Source: a virus
IMG/VR virus record: IMGVR_UViG_3300037483_000594
Span: 106,136-170,135 of that record
Direction: 5' to 3' (one strand)
DNA length: 64,000 nucleotides
Translations under genes and position numbers: made by a program
Shown: one piece after another, positions 56,032 through 64,000 of the stretch
Layout: every line of letters begins with the position of its first letter
How positions within the stretch are numbered: the stretch's first letter is position 1
The notes under the pieces: model-generated
The model's database searches: none
Seen by the model: only the letters and a program-made list of their open reading frames with translations
What the model was told of the DNA's origin: nothing

Positions 56032-57233
56032 AAGAAAAACAAGTACAGATCATTGATGCCAGCCGTCCGGACATACGGTTCGACTGCGCACGTTCGCACC
56101 TTGCGCAAGAGCTTCCGTACCTGGCCTTCGCCCTGTTTTCACTGCGTGGCCCGGTGCTTCGTCCGGGTATGGGCACGGTGGGGATAAGTAGCCGCGGCGT
56201 GATCTACGCTGACCCAGAGTTTTTGAAGAGTAGGGACGTGCCTCCGGCGTTGCTGGAGCACGAGGTCTGGCACCTTGTGCTCAACCATGCGGGCAGAGCC
56301 TCCGCTTTCCGCGCAGAGCAACGTTTGTGGAACGTGGCTGCCGATCTTGAGATCCACGGGGGCATCTTGAGGACCGGGTCCTTGGGTGCCCTCACCACCC
56401 TGATACAGCACGAGGGGTCACCGCTGACCCCCAAGCTGTTCGGGTTCCCGGAGGGGAAGACCGCTGAGCAGTACTACACCATGCTCCTGCAGAACAACGT
56501 GGTTGTTGTGAGTGCAGAGTTCGGCTCTGCGGCGGACGGGGTCCCTCGTGACTACGAGGGGCACGTGGCCGGGGACCCCGACTGCGGGGAGATGTCCGAG
56601 CTCCAGCAGGAGCGTCTTCGCGACGAGGTAGCAAAGGCCTCGGCCGGGCAACGCCCAGGGACGGTACCGTCGGGGGTTTTGTGCTGGGCGGCGTCCCGGC
56701 TAAAGGCGGCGAAGCTCAACTGGAAACAGGTCCTGTCACGGCTTCTTCACGTCTCGATGTTGTCCTCCTTGGGGGACGACGAGCCTACCTACTCGCAGGT
56801 GAACCGGCGCAACCCCGGAGGGGCCCGGGGGTACCTGTCCCCGGCTATCGTGGACGTCGACCTGGCCGTGGGTGTGGTGGTGGACACCTCCGGGTCCATG
56901 GCGGGCGAAGCCCTCGACAACGCACTCTCCGAAACCCTGGGCATCGTGCGCGCGTTCGGTGGCGCGGTTCTTACGCTGATGTGCGACGCTGAGGTCTACG
57001 GATGGAAAAGCGTGCAGTCTGCTGCCGACTTTGACGTGCGTGGAGGTGGCGGGACCGACATGCGTGAGGGCATAGAAGCGGCGGAGAAGAACCGGGACGT
57101 GCAAACCGTGGTTGTCATCACCGACGGGGACACACCGTGGCCCGAGCACCGGGGGCGAAAGCCCCTGGTGGTGGTGCTGGTGGACGGACACCGGGAGACC
57201 CCATCATGGGCCAAAACAGTGATCGTGGAGTAG
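56028..57233 (+). CDS. HExxH metallopeptidase-like plus vWA domain protein (DUF2201-like), MoxR partner
   Basis: HEVWH, WNVAADLEI, MIDAS VDTSGSM, GGGGTDM, ITDG. Confidence 0.88.
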   Translation: MKEKQVQIIDASRPDIRFDCARSHLAQELPYLAFALFSLRGPVLRPGMGTVGISSRGVIYADPEFLKSRDVPPALLEHEVWHLVLNHAGRASAFRAEQRLWNVAADLEIHGGILRTGSLGALTTLIQHEGSPLTPKLFGFPEGKTAEQYYTMLLQNNVVVVSAEFGSAADGVPRDYEGHVAGDPDCGEMSELQQERLRDEVAKASAGQRPGTVPSGVLCWAASRLKAAKLNWKQVLSRLLHVSMLSSLGDDEPTYSQVNRRNPGGARGYLSPAIVDVDLAVGVVVDTSGSMAGEALDNALSETLGIVRAFGGAVLTLMCDAEVYGWKSVQSAADFDVRGGGGTDMREGIEAAEKNRDVQTVVVITDGDTPWPEHRGRKPLVVVLVDGHRETPSWAKTVIVE

Positions 57234-57838
57234 TGTGCTTCAACTGCGGTGTAGACGTGCACAGGCTTCGGGTTTCGGGGCGTGGCCGCATCACTCTCCT
57301 GGACTACGACTCCGGTCACCAAGTTCGCGATGTCCTAGCTGCCCTTCGCAGGGAGCCCACGTCGACATGTGCTCTTGTCATGAGCACTTTGCGCGAACGC
57401 GCGTTTCGCGCTTTTTACTGGACGTCTCTGAGCGTTTTATTTGCTCAGTTCGCAAACAAGCGGATGAGCCGCCGTGTGCACGAGGAGCCCAGCGGCCCGG
57501 TGGACGGGCTTCTGGCAGAGGAGATGGCCGCCTGCGAGTTTACGGGCTCTTGGCATACGACGCCTGCTGGCCTCCATGTCCAGGGGTCCCTGTACCCTTT
57601 CCGCCCTGTTGAGTTCCTGCAGTGCAGACGCCGTATCTTGGGAGAGGACGCCCTGCGCCACGGAGTGACAATGAGCACCCACAGCCACCCCTGGACCCAC
57701 GAGGCCTACTACCTGCCCCTGCAGCTACTGTCCCCTGACGATGTCCGAGTGCTCGTCTTGGCTAAGGCACACTGCTACGCCTCAAACCTGTCGCTATCAC
57801 TGCTTTTTAAACTGCGAGCGCGCACCGCTAGAAAGTAG
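57206..57838 (+). CDS. Array paralogue 3
   Basis: FNCGVDVHRLRVS..LLDYDSGH..DV..STC; EFLQCRRRILG..TMS. Confidence 0.8.
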   Translation: MGQNSDRGVVCFNCGVDVHRLRVSGRGRITLLDYDSGHQVRDVLAALRREPTSTCALVMSTLRERAFRAFYWTSLSVLFAQFANKRMSRRVHEEPSGPVDGLLAEEMAACEFTGSWHTTPAGLHVQGSLYPFRPVEFLQCRRRILGEDALRHGVTMSTHSHPWTHEAYYLPLQLLSPDDVRVLVLAKAHCYASNLSLSLLFKLRARTARK

Positions 57839-58177
57839 AAAGATGATCATCTCCTTCCGGTGCGGTGCAGAGATGCACCGGTTACGTGTCTCGCGTCGTG
57901 GTAGCCTGACCCTTCTGGACTACGACGCCGGTCACCGCGCCCGTGATGTCATGGCCGCCATCGGCGAGGAGCCTCCGTCAACCTGTGGCTCGATCTTGCG
58001 CACCTTACGCACGCGAGCGTTCGTTTCTTATTGTGAGGAGGACGCACTAAACTTGCTGCTTTCTCGTCACGTTAGCCTCCGTTTAGCGCGTATTCGGCTG
58101 CCCGAGGACGCTATCAGCCCGGTAGACGGGCTTTTGGCAGCGGAGATGGCCGCCTGCGAGTTTACGGGCTCTTGGCA
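57520..58177 (+). repeat. 36-bp identical direct repeat shared by paralogues 3 and 4 (57520-57555 and 58142-58177)
   Basis: GGAGATGGCCGCCTGCGAGTTTACGGGCTCTTGGCA occurs twice. Confidence 0.85.
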
Positions 58178-58478
58178 CATGCGGACGACACGGCTTCAGG
58201 TCAATGCAAGCACGTACACATTCAGTCCTGTTGAGTTTCTGAGATGCAGACGCCGTATCTTGGGAGAGAACGCGCTACGATACGGGGTAACGATGAGCAC
58301 CGGTGTCATCTACGAAGACGGCAGTGAGCCGAAACGCTACCTGCCACTGCAGCTACTACCCTCCGGCACGGTGCGTGTGCTCGTTCTGTACTCGGGGGAG
58401 GGCTGTTATGCCTCGAGCATGTCAATGTCAGCCTTTCTTCGACACCGAGTTCGTGCAGGCTTCACGCCTTCAAGGTGA
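57843..58478 (+). CDS. Array paralogue 4
   Basis: FRCGAEMHRLRVS..LLDYDAGH..STC; EFLRCRRRILG. Confidence 0.8.
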   Translation: MIISFRCGAEMHRLRVSRRGSLTLLDYDAGHRARDVMAAIGEEPPSTCGSILRTLRTRAFVSYCEEDALNLLLSRHVSLRLARIRLPEDAISPVDGLLAAEMAACEFTGSWHMRTTRLQVNASTYTFSPVEFLRCRRRILGENALRYGVTMSTGVIYEDGSEPKRYLPLQLLPSGTVRVLVLYSGEGCYASSMSMSAFLRHRVRAGFTPSR

Positions 58479-58484
58479 AAGACA

Positions 58485-59126
58485 ATGATCATCCCCTTTC
58501 TGTGCGGCAAGGAGACGCACAGGCTACATGTCTCACGGCGCGGTCGCATCACTCTCCTAGACTACGGTGCCGACCACCGAGCCCTCGACGTCCTGGCTAC
58601 GCTGCGCGGAGCGTCCTTGTCCGAGTGTGCCTTGGTCTTGCGGGCGGTGCGCGCACGGGCCTTCGTTCCTTTTGGTGGAGAGAAACTGCACCAGTTGTTT
58701 GCGGAACACGCAGCCAAGCGTAGAGAACGCCGTCGGGTGCACGCAGAGTGGCAAAACCCTGTGCACGAACTCGTGAGACACGAGCTGGCTTCCTGCGGTC
58801 TTACACGCGAATGGTACCTTGGCGCTACCGGTCTCCAGATTGACGGGTGGCTGTACTCCATCTACCCGGTGGAGTTCCTGCGTTGTAGGCGGCTTGTCCT
58901 TGGGGAACACGCCCTACGGCACGGGCTAGCCATGAGCACCTACAGCCAAAACGGTGACCATGGACACGGCGGGGCCTTTCTCATGCCGCTTAGCCTCACG
59001 CGCCACGCCACAATGCGTGTCCTCGTCTTGGGGCCTAACCAAAGCTACGTTGCAACCCTCTCGCAGGATGCGTTTCTTCAACAACGGCGGGCCAACCAAG
59101 CGCTTTGCGCAGGAAGGGTAGCATGA
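58485..59126 (+). CDS. Array paralogue 5
   Basis: FLCGKETHRLHVS..LLDYGADH..SEC; EFLRCRRLVLG. Confidence 0.8.
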   Translation: MIIPFLCGKETHRLHVSRRGRITLLDYGADHRALDVLATLRGASLSECALVLRAVRARAFVPFGGEKLHQLFAEHAAKRRERRRVHAEWQNPVHELVRHELASCGLTREWYLGATGLQIDGWLYSIYPVEFLRCRRLVLGEHALRHGLAMSTYSQNGDHGHGGAFLMPLSLTRHATMRVLVLGPNQSYVATLSQDAFLQQRRANQALCAGRVA

Positions 59127-59797
59127 TCATCTCTTACTGGTGCGGGGCGAAGGTCCACCACATCCGTGTTCGTCGCGGGCGCATAACGTTTCTGGACTAC
59201 GACACACGCCACCAAGCAGAAGACGTCGTGCGAGCCCTCCAGCAGGCCCCCATGTCCTCTTGCGCAACCCTCCTGCACGCCCTGCGGACCCGAACTACCA
59301 CCCAAGACGCACCGGACGAGGTGGCAGACCTTTTCTTTGAGATCACACGCGTGCGTGTTGAGCGTTTTGCGGGCAACCTGGCCTTTTCAAACCCGACAGC
59401 TCTTGAAAACTTGCTCACCACCGAACTAGGCCGCTGGCCCGAGCGATGGACAGTCCAGCCAAGGAAGCTGGTGGTAGATGACCGGCTCTTTGTGTTCGAT
59501 GTCGTGGAGTTCCTTCGGTGCCGACGCTTTGTGCTGGGGTGCCGTGCTGTGCTCCCTGGGGTACGGATGGGTGTGGACAACGGAGAGGGGCTGCTCCTTC
59601 CGCTGACACTGGGCCCCGGCGACCGGACCATGCGTGTCCTCGTCGTTCCGTGGTCGAGTGGGTGTTACACCGTTCCTTATGTAACCGACGCTTTTCTGCG
59701 AAGGAGGTCGCATGTCGATCGTCAGGTTCCTTTGCGGGGGCAGCATCCACCGCCTTTTGGTCAGAGGCCCCCACCTCACACTGCTGGACTACGATGA
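59123..59797 (+). CDS. Array paralogue 6
   Basis: YWCGAKVHHIRV..FLDYDTRH..SSC; EFLRCRRFVLG..MG. Confidence 0.8.
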   Translation: MIISYWCGAKVHHIRVRRGRITFLDYDTRHQAEDVVRALQQAPMSSCATLLHALRTRTTTQDAPDEVADLFFEITRVRVERFAGNLAFSNPTALENLLTTELGRWPERWTVQPRKLVVDDRLFVFDVVEFLRCRRFVLGCRAVLPGVRMGVDNGEGLLLPLTLGPGDRTMRVLVVPWSSGCYTVPYVTDAFLRRRSHVDRQVPLRGQHPPPFGQRPPPHTAGLR

Positions 59798-60413
59798 CGC
59801 ACACCGCGGGCAGGACGCCGCGGAGTTCATCACAACCGGGAAAATGTCTACTTGCGCTTGCTTTTTGCACAACTTGCAGAAGACAACACTGGCGGCGACA
59901 TCAAATGATCTGCCGGTAGCGCTACGGAACGTGTTGGGCCCTCTTCGAGACAAAAAGTATATCCGTAGCTGCCACCGTCTTGACTCACGGGAAAGGGGGC
60001 GGAGGACCCCTGTTGACTTTGTGCTGTGTGCCTTGCGCCAAGAGAGCGCTGCCTGCTCTATCCCCTGGGAGTTTTTCAGCCACCGTGTAGTGACGCCATG
60101 GTCTACTAAAACCGGGGTATCCTCCATTTTGGTTGGTGGCTTCACGGTGCACACAAAGAGGTTTATGGAGTGTCGCCGTGCTCTCGTGGGGGGGCATTCG
60201 GCGGTATTGCGCTGTACCATGGGAGTGCACCTCGCAGAGCTGAGACACCTGGTGCTCCCGCACGCGGTTGACACGCGCACCCAGACTCTGAAAGTCCTGC
60301 GGATAAACACGTGCACGATGGACATCAATGAGAGTTGGACCACGTGTGCCCTTTATCAAGCACTCCGGGACAAAAAACAGGAGTACAGGGAGTCGCTCTT
60401 CCAACGCTGTTGA
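59712..60413 (+). CDS. Array paralogue 7
   Basis: FLCGGSIHRLLV..LLDYDDAH..STC; FMECRRALVG..TMG. Confidence 0.8.
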   Translation: MSIVRFLCGGSIHRLLVRGPHLTLLDYDDAHRGQDAAEFITTGKMSTCACFLHNLQKTTLAATSNDLPVALRNVLGPLRDKKYIRSCHRLDSRERGRRTPVDFVLCALRQESAACSIPWEFFSHRVVTPWSTKTGVSSILVGGFTVHTKRFMECRRALVGGHSAVLRCTMGVHLAELRHLVLPHAVDTRTQTLKVLRINTCTMDINESWTTCALYQALRDKKQEYRESLFQRC

Positions 60414-60422
60414 GGAGGTTCA

Positions 60423-61112
60423 ATGGAGATCGAGTACCCGTGTGACGGAGGGACGCACCGGCTGCATGTCTCCGCAAAAGGGAGAGTCCGGTTGTTGGAC
60501 TACGACGCAGCGCACAACGCGCAAGATGTAACAAGCCTGCTATCCGGGCACCAGGTGTCGACTTGTGCTGAGATAATCCAGTTTCTGCGCGCAACGCCAG
60601 GTGAGATTCGGTTCTGGACGACGGACTACCCGTTCGACTCGCCCTTTTTACAAGAGGTTTGGGAAAAAAGATCTGCACGGTTACACGTAAAACTTCAGAA
60701 GCAGTACAGGCCTACTACCAAGGACTTCGTTCTCCGCGCGTTAGAACAAGAGGTGCGCGCCTGTTCGATTTCCTGGGATGTGTTTAGTGAACAAGCGCTT
60801 CGGCACGGAGGTATCTCTGAGCGAATCATCATAGCTGGGGGTGTTCCTGTGTTTGCACACAAGTTTATGCAGTGCCGCCGTGCCCTCCTGGGAAAGAAGT
60901 CGACGGTGTTGAGTCAGACCATGGGAGTGTATTTCCCAGAGAAGCATCTCCTGTTACTCCCGTGTGAGATCATGAGAAACGGGGTTGTGCGCCTTCTTCA
61001 AATACACACACTTAAGCTGCACGCTTACGCATCGCAAGTCACGTGTAGCGGTTATCGAGCGATGCGTGCGCGGCTCTTGGAGGAAGCGAATGGTGATAGG
61101 GTACCCGTGTAG
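60423..61112 (+). CDS. Array paralogue 8
   Basis: YPCDGGTHRLHVSAKG..LLDYDAAH..STC; FMQCRRALLG..TMG. Confidence 0.8.
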   Translation: MEIEYPCDGGTHRLHVSAKGRVRLLDYDAAHNAQDVTSLLSGHQVSTCAEIIQFLRATPGEIRFWTTDYPFDSPFLQEVWEKRSARLHVKLQKQYRPTTKDFVLRALEQEVRACSISWDVFSEQALRHGGISERIIIAGGVPVFAHKFMQCRRALLGKKSTVLSQTMGVYFPEKHLLLLPCEIMRNGVVRLLQIHTLKLHAYASQVTCSGYRAMRARLLEEANGDRVPV

Positions 61113-61800
61113 CGGAGAGGTGCACAGGCTGCGCGTCTCCGCAAAGGGGAGGATCAGGTTGCTGGACTACGACGAGGCTCATCAGGCTCGCGACGTTGTT
61201 CAAAGGCTGGCCGCAGACACCGAGTCGACGTGCACGTGTTTCATTAGGTTTTTGCACTCTTCGCGAGCACTCTTTCCTGCAAGTTTCCCGACGTCTCTCC
61301 AACATTTTTCGCTGGAAATAACCAAAAAACGGCGGGAGCGCCGCGACTTCACCGTAAACCTGCGGATGTCACCGCTCAGGTTCGAACAGCGCGTTTTGCA
61401 GCGCGAGGCTGAGGCTGCTGGCTTTCCTGTGGGTGCTGAAGCCCTATGGAATCTGAACGCCCGTACCGGTAGGGAGGATCTGTTCTTTGACATTGGCGGC
61501 ACGCCGGTGTTCCTGCCCGAGTTCAGACAGTGCAGACGTCTGCTCATGGCGGGGGCCGCCGCTGTGCTTAGCAAACCGATGGGGTTTGTCCGTGGGGACT
61601 TGTGGTACCTGCCTTGTTCGGTGGAGGGCGAGGAGGTGCGCTTGCTTTGCGTGCAGCGGGGCACCTTGGTAACAGAAAGGGTATCGGTGCACCTTGAGAC
61701 GTACCACGAACTGCGGAAAGGAACGCGTGATCTGCTACCCGTGCACCAACTCGCAGCACCGGATGCTGGTGTCTCCGAAGGGGAGCGTTCGCTTTCTTGA
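61090..61800 (+). CDS. Array paralogue 9
   Basis: YPCSGEVHRLRVSAKG..LLDYDEAH..STC; EFRQCRRLLM..KPMG. Confidence 0.8.
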   Translation: MVIGYPCSGEVHRLRVSAKGRIRLLDYDEAHQARDVVQRLAADTESTCTCFIRFLHSSRALFPASFPTSLQHFSLEITKKRRERRDFTVNLRMSPLRFEQRVLQREAEAAGFPVGAEALWNLNARTGREDLFFDIGGTPVFLPEFRQCRRLLMAGAAAVLSKPMGFVRGDLWYLPCSVEGEEVRLLCVQRGTLVTERVSVHLETYHELRKGTRDLLPVHQLAAPDAGVSEGERSLS

Positions 61801-62404
61801 CTACGACAGCACGCACCGGGCGCAAGACGTCTTGGCTATGTTGTCGGGCGGGGAGGAGTCCACGTGTCTGGCTATTCTCAACTTTCTGCGCACAGGGCAC
61901 CAAGCTCAAACGCCAAAGACATATGATCTCTCTCAGTTTCTGAATGAGATCACGCGAAAAAGATTCGAGAGGATTCCGGCGCGGGGCCAACCACACATAT
62001 CAAAAACAGGTTTCGCGGTACGAGTCTTGGCGTATGAGGCCTTCGCCGCGCGTCTTTATGCCACGGAGCACTGGCGTATGGGTGACGCCTCGGTGGATCT
62101 GCGGGTCTGGAGACGGCACACGGGAGAACAGTGCTTCCGTGTTTTCGGAGAGTGGGTCCCTGTCCGCGAGTTCAACGCGTGTCGCAGGCGCCTTATGGGG
62201 AGCGCTGCCGCCGTGCTGAGCAAGCCGATGGGGCTTGTGTTCGGAGATGTCTGGCTGCTGCCGTACGCGGCCTACACCAACGTTGTGTATCTGGTGCGCC
62301 TGCACATTCCAGAGCTGCAGGCGGGGAGCGTGTGTACCACGCTCGACATCTACCGCGGCCTGCAGAACAAGGAGGAGTGCTACAGTGAGAGTCTTTTCGT
62401 ATGA
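61727..62404 (+). CDS. Array paralogue 10
   Basis: YPCTNSQHRMLVSPKG..FLDYDSTH..STC; EFNACRRRLMG..KPMG. Confidence 0.8.
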   Translation: MICYPCTNSQHRMLVSPKGSVRFLDYDSTHRAQDVLAMLSGGEESTCLAILNFLRTGHQAQTPKTYDLSQFLNEITRKRFERIPARGQPHISKTGFAVRVLAYEAFAARLYATEHWRMGDASVDLRVWRRHTGEQCFRVFGEWVPVREFNACRRRLMGSAAAVLSKPMGLVFGDVWLLPYAAYTNVVYLVRLHIPELQAGSVCTTLDIYRGLQNKEECYSESLFV

Positions 62405-62987
62405 GTGCGAAGAGGGAGAGCACCGACTGGTGGTGTCTCCGAAAGGACGGGTACGGTTTCTTGACTACGACGCAGCCCACGCCGCACGCGACACACTTCG
62501 CCACTTGCAAGGTCGGGGGCGTTCAACGTGTCGGGTGCTGCAATGCACCATCCGCGAGAGGTGGGACAGAATCTCGGCTACTGCCTCGGTGCAGGACCTG
62601 GTCGAAGAGTTCAGGCTAAAGCGTCAGCTTCGTCGCGAACTCGCGCCCGTCCCGGCGCTACCCGCCCTAGACCGCGTGTACGCTATGCGCCTCGGGTTTT
62701 TGCGTGGGGCCCTCAGCCACGAACTGGCACGGGGAGTGGGAATGCCCCTCACTCTCGCGCGAAAAATCATCAACGCGGAATTGAAACCAGCATCAATGCA
62801 GGTCGCGGTGTACGACGGCCAGTACATTGACTACGCACAGTTCTGGCGCTGCCGATCCTGGGCCTTCGGGCGGGGGGCCATCCGGTTCAAAAATACGCTT
62901 GGGGTTGTCGAAGGGAACGACCTCCAGATTCCTACTTGCGTCCACCACGGGCACTGGGTTCACTTTCTGTACATCCACTGCCCATAG
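62385..62987 (+). CDS. Array paralogue 11
   Basis: YECEEGEHRLVVSPKG..FLDYDAAH..STC; FWRCRSWAFG..TLG. Confidence 0.8.
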   Translation: MRVFSYECEEGEHRLVVSPKGRVRFLDYDAAHAARDTLRHLQGRGRSTCRVLQCTIRERWDRISATASVQDLVEEFRLKRQLRRELAPVPALPALDRVYAMRLGFLRGALSHELARGVGMPLTLARKIINAELKPASMQVAVYDGQYIDYAQFWRCRSWAFGRGAIRFKNTLGVVEGNDLQIPTCVHHGHWVHFLYIHCP

Positions 62988-62994
62988 GTGAACA

Positions 62995-63603
62995 ATGCAC
63001 AGCTACCACAGCTACCCCTGTGAAGGGGAGGTACATCAAGTTCGGATCTCGAAAGGAAGAATACGGTTCGTACACTACGACGACGCGCACAGAGCGCGTG
63101 ACGTCGTGAGGAAGCTACGTGGTGAGCCTGTCTCGACGTGTCTCCAAGCGCAGGAGGCTATCCGTGGGGAGAGCCCGGCACCAAGCTCGTTTGCCAGGCT
63201 GCTCAGCAACGAGCTGACGCAGAAGCGCTTTTCCCGCGCCAAGTGCGTCGAGCTTCCGGCTCGACCGTTTACAAAGAGCGCGGTCAGGCTACAGCAAGCA
63301 CGGTTTCGGTTTCTCTGCAAGGCGCTCAGCCACGAGCTAGCGAGGGTGACGGGCATCGACGTCTCCGAAGCGGCCGAGTACATAGCCTACTGCTCGCGCT
63401 CTACGTCACTCTACCTCGCGGTGGTCAGTGGGCAGGAGCTGGGCTGCGAGGACTTCTGGCGGTGTCGTGCCCACTTCTTGGGGCGTTTCTCCGCGGACCT
63501 CAGACACACCATGGGCTTCCAGATCGGGGATTTGCTCTACGTGCCTGCCGTGGTTGAGCATGATGTCATCCACAAGACCGTGTACATCACGATTCCGTAT
63601 TAG
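62995..63603 (+). CDS. Array paralogue 12
   Basis: YPCEGEVHQVRISKG..FVHYDDAH..STC; DFWRCRAHFLG..TMG. Confidence 0.8.
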   Translation: MHSYHSYPCEGEVHQVRISKGRIRFVHYDDAHRARDVVRKLRGEPVSTCLQAQEAIRGESPAPSSFARLLSNELTQKRFSRAKCVELPARPFTKSAVRLQQARFRFLCKALSHELARVTGIDVSEAAEYIAYCSRSTSLYLAVVSGQELGCEDFWRCRAHFLGRFSADLRHTMGFQIGDLLYVPAVVEHDVIHKTVYITIPY

Positions 63604-63627
63604 TGTATCCTGTAGAGGGAGACAGCG

Positions 63628-64000
63628 ATGCCCATTACGAGTGACCAGATAGCCCTTTCCCACCAACAGATGGCCATGGGCTTCGCCGCACACCAGAACA
63701 CCGCCAGCATGTTGAGTTCTCAACGTTTCGGCGGGTACAGCATGGGGCCCGTGGGGCAGCCCTACCCCGGGCTTCAGCCTTACCAGCCGTTCGGGATGCC
63801 CCCCGGCGGGGGGCTCGCACAGATGGCAATGGCCTACCCGCGTTGGGCCCCGGGGTCCAACATAGGCCAGGCCTTCGCCGAGCAGTCTTTGGGTGCCGGG
63901 TTGGGCATGATGTCGGGGGGGCTGAACGCTCTGAGCAACACCGCAGGGGTCGTGACCGGGGCGGCTGGGCTGGCCAGCCCCCTGCTGGGGCTCCTGGGGG
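63628..64000 (+). CDS. 5' part of a Gly/Ala/Met-rich protein, possibly the tape measure protein (runs off the window)
   Basis: GGGAG RBS; MPITSDQIALSHQQMAMG... open to the window end; composition only. Confidence 0.5.
   Translation, partial: MPITSDQIALSHQQMAMGFAAHQNTASMLSSQRFGGYSMGPVGQPYPGLQPYQPFGMPPGGGLAQMAMAYPRWAPGSNIGQAFAEQSLGAGLGMMSGGLNALSNTAGVVTGAAGLASPLLGLLG

Noticed and set aside
54743-63603. Paralogue array as a diversity-generating retroelement target or a CRISPR-like repeat array
   Set aside because: No reverse transcriptase in the window, no adenine-specific template/variable repeat pair seen, and the repetition is at whole-gene protein level.
1-64000. Stop-codon reassignment as seen in some large phages
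   Set aside because: Recognisable genes are full length in the standard code and end in TAA, TAG and TGA.

Overview
This is a 64-kb segment of a large, GC-rich, contractile-tailed (myovirus-like, probably jumbo) bacteriophage; genome size and host cannot be determined from the window. It opens in the 3' part of a multisubunit RNA polymerase beta' gene carrying two LAGLIDADG inteins at catalytic sites. The virion module has a baseplate spike, gpA-type terminase, prohead protease, major capsid, neck, LamG fibre genes, tail sheath and tail tube. Accessory genes include a NUDIX hydrolase, LigD-like ligase, NrdJ C-terminal domain, DHH phosphoesterase, RNase HII and GroES. The most striking observations are: (1) a MoxR AAA+ ATPase / metallopeptidase-vWA pair embedded in a tandem array of 12 diverged paralogues with a Cys/His N-terminal motif; (2) a recurrent K-x-A motif across about 18 head-associated proteins, including the leaders of two enzymes, suggesting a protease-cleavage or capsid-cargo code; (3) a reverse-strand cassette with a Csx3/Crn3-like ring nuclease flanked by two non-canonical tRNA-like RNAs and a tRNA-Val; (4) a G-GGA-AAT -1 frameshift in a displaced tail-chaperone gene. 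All family calls come from motif recognition by eye; no database searches were run.
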